Origin: Polyangiales bacterium
GTDB taxonomy: Bacteria > Myxococcota_A > Polyangia > Polyangiales > Ga0077539
DNA: 64,000 bases
NCBI GenBank assembly: GCA_044229975.1
Contig: JBGARZ010000018.1
Coordinates: 96,001-160,000, forward strand
Reading direction: 5' to 3'
In this document: positions 48,362-57,029 of the stretch, in pieces
Numbering within the stretch: position 1 is the first letter of the stretch
Layout of the letters: each line of letters opens with the position of its first letter
Program-made: the position numbers and the translations under genes
The notes under the pieces: model-generated
What the model saw: only the letters and a program-made list of their open reading frames with translations
Databases searched by the model: none
Told to the model about the DNA's origin: nothing

Positions 48362-48994
48362 GTGAAGCACCAGGGACGTTGGACAGTCGCCACCACCGTG
48401 TTCTCGCTCGCCGCTGGGTGGCAGGCGTGGGCCCAGCCCGCGCCGACGGGCATCACCCCCACCAGCATCGTGCGCCGCTCGTCCGCGGGCGTCTCCAACC
48501 TCGGGGAGTTTCCCGCCGACGCGGGCCCCGCCCCGGCGCGCCCCACGACGCCGCGCGCGGTGGGCGAGGTCGGCGGCACCGGCATCGTCTCCCAGGAGCG
48601 CGGCCCGCAAGGCACCATGCGCGGCAGCGGCCAGCCGCCGCCCGGTGAGATCGACTACAGCCGTCCCATCGGCGCGGCCGACGTCGCGCGCCTGCTGCGT
48701 ACCCAGGAGCCGCGCCTTCGCACCTGCTACGACCAGGCCCGCGCGACGCGACCGCGGCTCGCGGGGCGCGTGTCCATCCGCCTCGTGGTGAGCCGCACCG
48801 GAGAGCTGACCAACGTCGAAGCGACGGGCTTCCCCGACGCCCCGGCCGTCGCGCCGTGCATGGCCCATGAACTTCGACAGGTGCGCTTTCCCCGACCCGA
48901 GAGCGGTGTGCTGCCGTTCAACTACGCGATGAACTTCGCGCCGCCGGCGTCGGCGCCACCGTCGCGACCGACCGCGCGCCCGCGCTCGCGCTGA
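48362..48994 (+). CDS. AgmX/PglI (TonB-C-like) domain secreted protein
   Basis: Signal peptide. RLRTCY...P.LAGRV...C.......RFP motif. Confidence 0.75.
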   Translation: MKHQGRWTVATTVFSLAAGWQAWAQPAPTGITPTSIVRRSSAGVSNLGEFPADAGPAPARPTTPRAVGEVGGTGIVSQERGPQGTMRGSGQPPPGEIDYSRPIGAADVARLLRTQEPRLRTCYDQARATRPRLAGRVSIRLVVSRTGELTNVEATGFPDAPAVAPCMAHELRQVRFPRPESGVLPFNYAMNFAPPASAPPSRPTARPRSR

Positions 48995-49991
48995 CCTGCA
49001 CGGCACCACCGGGCGCCACCGTCACGGGGACGCCCGCGATGTTCCAGGTGAGCGTCTCGGCGCCCAGGTTGGTGAGCCAGGTGCGACCCGAGCGGTCGAT
49101 GCGCGCGACGCTCGCCTCCAGCGCGGCGCCGTCGTCGGCCAACGCCACGACGGCGCGCATCGATCCGGCGGGGTCGTTCCACGCGAGCTCGACGGCGACG
49201 CCGGTGCGGTCGGTCCACGGCGCGGCCGTCTCGTGGACGGTGCACGGCTCGGCGGACGGCGCCGCGAAGCTCGCGACCGACGGGTATGCGTCACCGAGTC
49301 GACGCGTGGTCACCCGGCAGAGCGCCGCGACGTCGATCTCGGCGGTGATCAGCGCGTTGAGGAGCAGCCAGCGCCCTGGCTCGCGAGACACGGTCGCGAC
49401 GGTGGTCTGGGCGGTAGCCGCGATGCGGGTCAACGATCGTGGGGGATCGTACGATCCGCCGACGCTGGTCGGAGGCGCCGCGCACGCATCGGGGAAGACC
49501 GCGCAGGGGTCGCCCGACGCACCAGCCGGGACCGCGCCCACGGAGAAGAACCGCGACGCCGAGGGGCGAAGGATGCGGCCGCGGCGAAAGCGCCAGGAGC
49601 GGTTGTACGAGTTGCCGTACGAGTGTGAGCGGTAGCTCCAGCGGTAGTCGCCCATCTCGACGGAGCCCGACTCGTCATCGAACTCCTCGGTCACGGAGAC
49701 CTCGTGGTCGGTGCTGACGGAGAGGCCCGACGAGGCGATCGAGGTGGGCTCGGAGTCGGGGTCGGGTGACTCGACAGGAGCATCGACGACAGGGTCCACC
49801 GCGGGCCCAGCGGCCGGGCGGCGCGGCGTGGGCGGGCGGCGCGGCGGAGCAACGGGGACGAACGGAACCCGCGTGACCGCGGTGGGACGGAGCGGCGGCG
49901 GGCGCAGGCGAGCGGCGGCAAGGATGAGCGCCGAAGCGGCCAGCCAGAGGGCGAGGAGGGCGATCGACTCGTGGCGCCATGACCTGGTCAC
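48918..49991 (-). CDS. hypothetical membrane-anchored protein
   Basis: N-terminal TM segment, Pro linker, GC3 bias. The 3' end overlaps the convergent gene by 77 bp. Confidence 0.5.
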   Translation of the reverse strand: MTRSWRHESIALLALWLAASALILAAARLRPPPLRPTAVTRVPFVPVAPPRRPPTPRRPAAGPAVDPVVDAPVESPDPDSEPTSIASSGLSVSTDHEVSVTEEFDDESGSVEMGDYRWSYRSHSYGNSYNRSWRFRRGRILRPSASRFFSVGAVPAGASGDPCAVFPDACAAPPTSVGGSYDPPRSLTRIAATAQTTVATVSREPGRWLLLNALITAEIDVAALCRVTTRRLGDAYPSVASFAAPSAEPCTVHETAAPWTDRTGVAVELAWNDPAGSMRAVVALADDGAALEASVARIDRSGRTWLTNLGAETLTWNIAGVPVTVAPGGAVQVSASAGARSVATVAPTPAARSSSRS

Positions 49992-50110
49992 GGCGAGTTC
50001 TGACGCCCGAGGTGGGGAGAAGTTCCACCCGCGGCGCGAACGTTTCTTGAGGCGAGCGCGGTCGACGGTGGCGTAGCGTCCATCGTCGTTCGTTGCGGGA
50101 GAGGATCAAC

Positions 50111-51991
50111 GTGGGACGCCTGCGCTACATCACGGCACTGTCGGCACTTTCGGTGGGCGTCGTCGCGGGCCCGGTGGCCGCCCAGCCCCGCACCCCGCGG
50201 CACCCCGAAGGCATGCTGATGACCCGGGTTCGCCCCGGCGAGGACTGCGCCGCCGTCGCGCTTCGCGTCTACCACTCGGCCACGCTCACCAACGTGATCC
50301 ACCGCTTCAACCCGACGGTGTGCCCGGGTCGCGCCCTCACGCCCAACATGGAGCTCGCCCTCCCCCGCTGGCTCGGTCGGCGTCCCGTCGTGTCGCCCGT
50401 CGCCTTCCTCACCCGGCTCAACAACCGGGTGCTCGTGCAGACCCGCGGCGACACCGAGCCCCGCGCCGGACGCGCCAACGAGCCGCTCTTCCGCGCGGCG
50501 CGTGTGAGCACCGCCATCCGGTCGTCGGCCGAGCTCTCGTTCTCCAACCGCTCGCTGGTGCGTCTCTACGAGTCGTCCCTGCTCGTCGTGCTCGGCGACG
50601 GCAACCCGCGCGTGCGCCGCGCGGCCACGGCGCAGGACACCACCCTCGTCACCGGGACGCTGCGCTCGTTTCTCACGACGCTCGCTGCGCCCACGCCACG
50701 CGCTGCGCCTGCGCGGCCCGTGACCATCCAGACGGCCGGTGGTCAGGTCACGCTACGCCCCGGCGAGTCGCAGATCACCATCGAGCCCACGGCGCGCCCC
50801 ACCACCACGCTCGCCGTCTACCGCGGCTCGTCGCAGCTTCGTTCGGGCGCGCAGGTCATGCCGGTGCCGCAGGGCTTCGGCGCGAGGGCCATCCAGGGGC
50901 AGCGCATCGCCCCGCCGCGTCCGCTCCCTCCGCCGCCGGGGTGGGAGGTGCGACCGCCCGCGATTCTCTTCACGGGCCCCGACGTCGCGCTCGGGGCGCG
51001 GGCCAGCGGCGGTGAGCACGTCGACGTCGCCGAGTGGCACGTCGAGCTCGCCCGCGACGCGCAGTTTCAAGACATGATCGAAGAGCGCCACGTCGCCGCC
51101 GCAGACGACGTCGTACACGTCCCCTCGGTGAGCCCCGGCGTCTACTTCGTGCGCGTCGCCACCATCGACCGCGAACGTTACGAGGGCCCCGCGGGCGACG
51201 TCGTTCGCACCCTCGTCGTGACGCCGCGCCTCGAACCCGCGAACGACGCCGCGCACGACACCCTCACTCCCCCGGCCGACCTCGTCTGCACCCTCGACGG
51301 CGCACCCTTCACCGCGCCGGTGGTCATCGACCGCACCCGCGCCCACGTCCTCCGCTGTGCGACCGACGCCACCGGCGCGGCCTTCGGCGAGACCACCTTC
51401 CCGGCCACGCAGACGCAGACGCCACCGCCCGCGCCACCGCCACCACCCGCACCTCCTCCTCCGCCGCCGCCACCGCGGAGGGAGGGCTTCGCGCAGCGGT
51501 TGTCGTTCCGCGTCGAAGGCCAGTACGTGACCACCGTGTCGACGCCGCCGCCGGGCGTGTCGCTCGATCACGGAGCGGGCGCGTCGCTGCGCGTCGGCGT
51601 CGACCTGCGACGGCCGCCCATCGGCAGCGCGGGGCTGGTGTTCGGCGTCGAGGTGTTCGGCGGGGGAATGATCTTCCCACAACCCGGCGGACTGCGCGCG
51701 TCGTCGTGGCCGGTCGGGGCGGCGCTGCGGCTCACGCCCTTCACGGGTCGGGTGCAGCCGTGGGTGTCGGCGGGCGGCGCGGCGGTGTTCACGGGGCAGC
51801 TCGTTCGGCCGGGTGTCGAGGCGGGCCTCGGGCTCGACGTGCGGCTCACCCGCGCGCTGCTGCTGGGCGCGGTGGTGCGGTACACGCAGGTCGTCGAGAC
51901 CGACTCAGCGTCGGTGACCAGCGACGCGCGCATGCTGCACGCGGGCCTCGCGCTGACGGTGCGGCTGCCCTACTCGGCGGGCAGGCCGTAG
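50111..51991 (+). CDS. LysM-like + FecR + Ig/FN3 + C-terminal beta-barrel protein
   Basis: Signal peptide. VRPGE....A..VY.....I...NP (LysM-like), T...S.AEL.F....VRL (FecR), VELARD..F/GVYFVRV (FN3), poly-Pro, and amphipathic beta strands. Confidence 0.7.
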   Translation: MGRLRYITALSALSVGVVAGPVAAQPRTPRHPEGMLMTRVRPGEDCAAVALRVYHSATLTNVIHRFNPTVCPGRALTPNMELALPRWLGRRPVVSPVAFLTRLNNRVLVQTRGDTEPRAGRANEPLFRAARVSTAIRSSAELSFSNRSLVRLYESSLLVVLGDGNPRVRRAATAQDTTLVTGTLRSFLTTLAAPTPRAAPARPVTIQTAGGQVTLRPGESQITIEPTARPTTTLAVYRGSSQLRSGAQVMPVPQGFGARAIQGQRIAPPRPLPPPPGWEVRPPAILFTGPDVALGARASGGEHVDVAEWHVELARDAQFQDMIEERHVAAADDVVHVPSVSPGVYFVRVATIDRERYEGPAGDVVRTLVVTPRLEPANDAAHDTLTPPADLVCTLDGAPFTAPVVIDRTRAHVLRCATDATGAAFGETTFPATQTQTPPPAPPPPPAPPPPPPPPRREGFAQRLSFRVEGQYVTTVSTPPPGVSLDHGAGASLRVGVDLRRPPIGSAGLVFGVEVFGGGMIFPQPGGLRASSWPVGAALRLTPFTGRVQPWVSAGGAAVFTGQLVRPGVEAGLGLDVRLTRALLLGAVVRYTQVVETDSASVTSDARMLHAGLALTVRLPYSAGRP

Positions 51992-53259
51992 GCCGCGGCC
52001 CAGGCGAGCAGCGACAGCACCGCGACGGCGACGGTCACCATCCACCAGCGCGACCTGCGCGGCGCGGCGGCGGGAGGCTCGACGACGGGCGCGGGCGCCA
52101 CCTCCCGGACGGGCGGGCGAACGTCGTCCGGCGCGGGCGCGGGGAGCGGGTCGAGCGCGGGGGGCGTGGCGGCCGACTCGGCGTCGAACAGCGCCGGATC
52201 AGGCGGCGTCAGGTCATCGAAGCGCAACGGCGGAGGCGCAGGGGCGTTCGGCTGCGCGGCAGGACCGTCGGAGGGGCGCAGGCTCGTGGGCGGCGCCTCG
52301 ATGGGCAGGCTGTCCGGCCGCGCGGAGGGTGGAGCGGTGGTGGCGCGGATCGTGGTGAGTGCAGTGATGAGCGCGCGTGCGCTGGCGGGGCGGTGCCGTG
52401 GGTCCTTCTCCAGGCACTGCATGACGATGTTGGCGAGCCCGGAGCTCATCCACGGGGCGCGGCGGCGCACCGGGACCGGCAGCTCCGAGCTGATGGCGAT
52501 GACGAAGGTGCCGACGTTGTCGGACTGGAACGGCAGCACCCCGGTGATCATCTCGTAGAGCATGACGCCCACCGACCAGAGGTCGGCGCGGGGCGTGAGG
52601 TTGCGCGGGTCGCGGATCTGCTCCGGAGACATGTACGCGGGCGTGCCGAGGGTGACGTCGGAGGCCGTGATGCGCGGCAGCTCGATAAAGCCCGTGAGGC
52701 TCGCGAGGCCGAAGTCGAGGAGCCGAGGCGTCCAGCCGTCGCCGTCCTTCACAAGGAAGATGTTGGCGGGCTTGAGGTCGCGATGGATGATCCCGGCCTC
52801 GTGGAAGGTGGCGAGCGCGTCGAGCACCGGAACCATCCACGCGACGAGCTGGTCGGGCGGGATCATCCCCCGCTGCGTCGCCGCGTAGTCCCAGAGGTCC
52901 ATCCCCGACAGGAACTCCTGCACCAGGTAGGGTGCGTCGTTGGCGTCGATGCCGATGTCCTCGACGCGCACCACGTTGGGGTGGCTCACGGCGTTGGCGG
53001 CCCTGCCCTCGCGCAGCACACGCCGCGCGTAGAGGGCGCTCGACGCCAGCTCGGGGAGCAGCAGCTTGATGGCGACGATGCGCCCCTCGGTGACGTGCTC
53101 GGCGCGGTAGACGTTGCTCATGCCGCCGCTGCCGAGGAGTTCGAGCAGGCGCCAGCGACCGTCGAGCACCTCGCCCACGCGCGTCGCGGGGCGGTGCGGG
53201 CGGACGGGCTCCTCGACGACGGCATCGACGGGATCACCGTGCGTGGGCCGATCCTCCAT
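51970..53259 (-). CDS. Ser/Thr protein kinase with C-terminal TM
   Basis: LGSGGMSNVY, VAIK, HRDLKPAN, DFG, GTPAYMSPEQ and DLWSVG motifs. Start uncertain. Confidence 0.93.
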   Translation of the reverse strand: MEDRPTHGDPVDAVVEEPVRPHRPATRVGEVLDGRWRLLELLGSGGMSNVYRAEHVTEGRIVAIKLLLPELASSALYARRVLREGRAANAVSHPNVVRVEDIGIDANDAPYLVQEFLSGMDLWDYAATQRGMIPPDQLVAWMVPVLDALATFHEAGIIHRDLKPANIFLVKDGDGWTPRLLDFGLASLTGFIELPRITASDVTLGTPAYMSPEQIRDPRNLTPRADLWSVGVMLYEMITGVLPFQSDNVGTFVIAISSELPVPVRRRAPWMSSGLANIVMQCLEKDPRHRPASARALITALTTIRATTAPPSARPDSLPIEAPPTSLRPSDGPAAQPNAPAPPPLRFDDLTPPDPALFDAESAATPPALDPLPAPAPDDVRPPVREVAPAPVVEPPAAAPRRSRWWMVTVAVAVLSLLAWAAAYGLPAE

Positions 53260-53458
53260 CGGGATCCTGGAGGGGGAGAGAAGGGCCGGTTCTTCGTCGG
53301 GTCCGCCCGCCATGAGGGGAAAAGGTTGCCACGACGGATGGGCCGCCGTCTCGCCCGCCGGTGCAAACGCCGCCCGCGAGGGCCTCGGCGGTACTGCCTT
53401 GCGCGCGGTCGCGTTTGTCCCAACACAGGCCAACGATCCCCGAGCCAGGAGACTCCCG

Positions 53459-53749
53459 ATGGTCCATCCCTACCGCAGCGGCAACGACGGCAACGATCCC
53501 AACAAGGAGCCGGTGATCGAGCCGACAGATCCCATCGAGCCCGACCCGGTTGTACCCCCGGAACCGACCGAGCCCGCGCCCCAACCGCCGCCGATGATCG
53601 AGCCCTTCCCGCCTCACCCCGGCGTCATCGACGAGCCGCCGTCGCACCCCGGCGTCATCCCCGGCCCGACGCCGCAGCCCATCCACGAGCCCGTGCCCTT
53701 CGAGATTCCGGGGCCCATCCCGCAGCCCATCCACGAGCCCATCACCTGA
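53459..53749 (+). CDS. small Pro/Glu/Ile-rich repetitive protein
   Basis: AGGAGA RBS. HPGVI x2 and IPGPxPQPIHEP x2. Confidence 0.6.
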   Translation: MVHPYRSGNDGNDPNKEPVIEPTDPIEPDPVVPPEPTEPAPQPPPMIEPFPPHPGVIDEPPSHPGVIPGPTPQPIHEPVPFEIPGPIPQPIHEPIT

Positions 53750-53752
53750 GGG

Positions 53753-54949
53753 CTACGCCTCTTCGCTGCGCGCGAGGTCGACCGCGCGCCAGAGGTACCA
53801 GCTCGCGATCGTGCGCCACGGCTTCCACTTCGCGCCGCGCCTCTCCACCTCGTCGGGCGTCGGCATGTCGAGCAGCCCGTAGGTCACCTTCACGCCGTTG
53901 CGAACGCCGAAGTCACCCACCGGCAGCACGTCCGGCCTCCCCAGGGTGAACATCAACAGCATCTCGGCGCTCCACCGACCGATGCCGCGCACGGTGGTGA
54001 GGCGCTCGATGATCTCCTCCTCGTCCATGGAGGTCATCTCGTCGAGGGTCGGGACGGCGCCCGCCTTCACCTTCGTCGCGAGGTCACGCAGCGCCGCGAC
54101 CTTGCTCGCCGAGAGCCCCGCCCCGCGCAACGACTCGTCGGAGAGCGCGAGCAGCGCCGACGGTTCGGGGAAGCGCTCCCCTCCCCCGAGGGCGACCACG
54201 CGACCGAAGATGGTCGCGGCGGCCTTGCCCGTGAGCTGCTGGTAGACGACGGCCCGCGCGAGGGAGAGGTAGGTGCTCTCGGTGTGCGATCGCGTGAGCG
54301 CGAAGTCACCGACGCGCGCGATGAGCCGACCCATCGCCCGGTCGCGCGCCGACAAGGCAGCGAGGGCGCGCGGCGCGTCGAAGGTGGGTTCGCCGATGCG
54401 GGTGACGAGCGCGAGGAGGTCATCGGGGAGCGCGGCGCCTTCGCGCGCGAGCAGGCGAGCCTTGGTGCGGAGGCCACCATGGGTGGAGAAGCCGCCGGCG
54501 GAGTTGTTCGCGCCCATCACGCGGTGACAGGGGACGACGATGACGAAGGGGTTGCGAGCCATCGCCTGACCGACCGCGCGGGCGTGGGAGGGGTTGCCGA
54601 GGTCGGTCGCGACGGCGCCGTAGCTCAGGGTGGTGCCGATGGGGACGCGGCGCGTGCGGTCGTAGATGGTGCGGTGGAAGGCGGGCACCGCGCGCATGTC
54701 GAGCTCGATGGCGGTGAGGTCTTCGCGGCCGTGCTCCAGATGACGGCGGATCTTGTCGACCGCGCCCTGCACCGCGGGCGGCGGGGCGGACTCGACGATG
54801 GGCCCCGGCGCGTGCGCGTGGAGGCGCTCGACGGTGCGCTCGTCGCTGGCCTCAGGGAACTGGAGCGCCGTGATGCCGCGGTCGCTCCAGGCGACGCCCG
54901 CGCGACCGAAGGCAGTGTCGAAGAGGGCGTAGCCGCTGGGGTCGCGCAT
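53753..54949 (-). CDS. fused O6-methylguanine methyltransferase (Ogt) + DNA-3-methyladenine glycosylase (AlkA-like)
   Basis: ARAVG..NP...VPCHRV (Ogt). LTTVRGIGRWSAEM...LPVGD (HhH-GPD). Confidence 0.9.
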   Translation of the reverse strand: MRDPSGYALFDTAFGRAGVAWSDRGITALQFPEASDERTVERLHAHAPGPIVESAPPPAVQGAVDKIRRHLEHGREDLTAIELDMRAVPAFHRTIYDRTRRVPIGTTLSYGAVATDLGNPSHARAVGQAMARNPFVIVVPCHRVMGANNSAGGFSTHGGLRTKARLLAREGAALPDDLLALVTRIGEPTFDAPRALAALSARDRAMGRLIARVGDFALTRSHTESTYLSLARAVVYQQLTGKAAATIFGRVVALGGGERFPEPSALLALSDESLRGAGLSASKVAALRDLATKVKAGAVPTLDEMTSMDEEEIIERLTTVRGIGRWSAEMLLMFTLGRPDVLPVGDFGVRNGVKVTYGLLDMPTPDEVERRGAKWKPWRTIASWYLWRAVDLARSEEA

Positions 54950-54952
54950 CGT

Positions 54953-55468
54953 TCAGGGCGTGTTGCGACCGCGCTGCGCAGCCTGCTGGACCTCGGTGTG
55001 ACTGAGCGGTCGGCAGGGCGTTCCGGGCGGGTGGTTGTGAACGATGTACATGCCGGGCGCGAGGCCGGACGGAGCGGGCGCCGCGGCCATTGGTGCAGCG
55101 GCGGCAGCGGGCGCGGGAGCGGGCGCGGGGGCAGCGGGCGGGGGTGAGCGACCGGGCGCACGCGACGGAGCGGGAGCAGGCGGGGTCTCCTGCACGGGCA
55201 CGCCCGGAATGGGCGACACCATCATCGGCGCGCCCGCAAGCGGAACGGGCGGGAGCATCGCCGGGTCGACGCGCATGGGTTCGAGCGACGTCGGAGTGCC
55301 GGCGTCCTGCACGGGGGGCGGTGGGGGGGGGGGCGGGGGATTGGGCGGCGGGTTGATGGAGTAGTGCGGCGCCGACGGCTGACACGCTGCGAGGAAGGTG
55401 GCGAGCGCTGGCAGCGTGGTGGTCACCACGGACGGTCGTGGGCGTCGCTTCATCGGGGCATCGGACAC
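54953..55468 (-). CDS. Pro/Ala-rich lipoprotein
   Basis: Lipobox LAAC and low-complexity body. Confidence 0.6.
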   Translation of the reverse strand: MSDAPMKRRPRPSVVTTTLPALATFLAACQPSAPHYSINPPPNPPPPPPPPPVQDAGTPTSLEPMRVDPAMLPPVPLAGAPMMVSPIPGVPVQETPPAPAPSRAPGRSPPPAAPAPAPAPAAAAAPMAAAPAPSGLAPGMYIVHNHPPGTPCRPLSHTEVQQAAQRGRNTP

Positions 55469-55543
55469 GCCGTCGACGGCGCTGTCAACGCGTGCACGGG
55501 TGCTGTTGACGCGCGGCCGTCGGGCGGGCGATCACTCGCGGCG

Positions 55544-56014
55544 ATGCACCCCAACGCGAAGCTGATCCAGGAGTTCTACGAGGCGTTTCAGCGCAAGGAC
55601 GCCGACGCGATGGCGGCCTGCTACCACCCGGATGTCCACTTCACCGACGCCGCGTTTGGCGACCTGCACGGGTCACGCGCCGGGTCGATGTGGAAGATGC
55701 TCGTCAGCCGCGGCAAGGACCTCGTGCTGACCTTCTCCGACGTCCACGCCGACGACACGGAGGGCCGCGCCCACTGGGAGGCCGACTACACCTTCGGCGC
55801 CACCGGCAACAAGGTGCACAACGTCATCGACGCGCGCTTCACCTTCAAGGACGGCAAGATCATCCGCCACGTCGACACCTTCGACTTCGCGACGTGGGCC
55901 GGTCAGGCGCTCGGGGTGATGGGCCGACTCTTCGGCGGCTTCGGCTTCCTCCAGCGCGGCGTGCAGAAGAAGGCGCTCGCGGGCCTCGACGCGTTCATCG
56001 CCAGGAAGGCGTAG
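55544..56014 (+). CDS. NTF2/SnoaL-like protein
   Basis: FYEAF...DADAMAACYHPD..F.D, W.A.Y.F..TG..V.N and I..H.D.F motifs. Confidence 0.9.
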   Translation: MHPNAKLIQEFYEAFQRKDADAMAACYHPDVHFTDAAFGDLHGSRAGSMWKMLVSRGKDLVLTFSDVHADDTEGRAHWEADYTFGATGNKVHNVIDARFTFKDGKIIRHVDTFDFATWAGQALGVMGRLFGGFGFLQRGVQKKALAGLDAFIARKA

Positions 56015-56081
56015 GCGTCGCGCGTCAACACCCGCAGCCGATGGCCCGCTGCGGCCGTCCAACGCTGGTACCATCGCCCTC

Positions 56082-57005
56082 ATGCGACACGTCGTCTCGA
56101 CCTTCGGCCTCGCCGCGACGCTCTGCGCCTGCGGTTCATCCGTCAACACGGGCCTCCTCGACTACGACGCCGGAGTCCGCGCTGACGTGGGTGCGGCGAG
56201 CGACGCCCCGGCGACCAGCGACACTGCGCCTGCGGTCGACGTCCCGCTCGCGATCGATGTGTCCACCGCGGTCGATGTGCCTGCCGCGGTCGATGTCCCT
56301 GCCGCGGTCGATGTCCCTGCCGCGGTCGATGCCCCGCCCGCCATGGACGTCCCAGCCGCCGTCGATGTCCCCGCCGTTGCGACCGATGTCGGCTCCATCC
56401 TCCCGCCGCGTGACGCCGGTCCGCTGCCCTTCGACGGAGGAACGCTCGGCGACCCCGCCTGGGTGCCGCTCGACGTCCGCGCCAACGGAGGCTGCACGCC
56501 GGTCGCAGCGTGCGGCGGCGCCGTGCTCGGTACCTGGGACGTCTCTGGCGGCTGCATCGAGCTCCCCGCGTTGCCCTCGCAGTTGATGCTGTGCCCCGGC
56601 GCACGGGTCAGCCGCATGGCGGGGCGCGCCCGGGGGCGGGTGATCTTCGCGCCGACCATCGCCTACCGCGCGTCGCAGTGGGAGGTCGAGGCCGAGCTCT
56701 TCGTCCCGCAGATCTGCGCCGCCCTGGTGGGCGGCTGCGCCACCATCGAAGGCTACGTCCGTCCCTACTTCCCCGACTCGCGCTGCGTGAGCGAGGGCGC
56801 GGGCAACTGCCGCTGCGCGGTCCGCCAGTCGGGGGCGATCAACGACGGCGACGCGTACACCACCACCAGCACGCAGATCGTGTCGACGCTCTCGGGACGC
56901 CGCTGGGACTACTGCGTGAGCGGCGAGCGCATACGCTACAACGACACCTCGGCGGGTACCCTCCGCGAGCCCGGCCCCATCGAGCTCACGCGCCGCTCGC
57001 TCTGA
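56082..57005 (+). CDS. lipoprotein with AVDVPA hexapeptide repeats and Cys-containing domain
   Basis: Lipobox LCAC. About 8 x 18-bp repeats at 56232-56375. CGG...GTW and YCV.G motifs. Confidence 0.75.
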   Translation: MRHVVSTFGLAATLCACGSSVNTGLLDYDAGVRADVGAASDAPATSDTAPAVDVPLAIDVSTAVDVPAAVDVPAAVDVPAAVDAPPAMDVPAAVDVPAVATDVGSILPPRDAGPLPFDGGTLGDPAWVPLDVRANGGCTPVAACGGAVLGTWDVSGGCIELPALPSQLMLCPGARVSRMAGRARGRVIFAPTIAYRASQWEVEAELFVPQICAALVGGCATIEGYVRPYFPDSRCVSEGAGNCRCAVRQSGAINDGDAYTTTSTQIVSTLSGRRWDYCVSGERIRYNDTSAGTLREPGPIELTRRSL

Positions 57006-57029
57006 CGGACGTCGCTCGTCGGCAGCGAG

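Noticed and set aside
45751..48618. 955-aa ORF as one protein
   Set aside because: Only 45751-47061 looks like an acyltransferase. The rest is an off-frame reading of the MFS gene.
48918..48994. 77-bp convergent gene overlap as antisense regulation
   Set aside because: The overlapping tail is low-complexity. Stop-codon drift is the simpler explanation.
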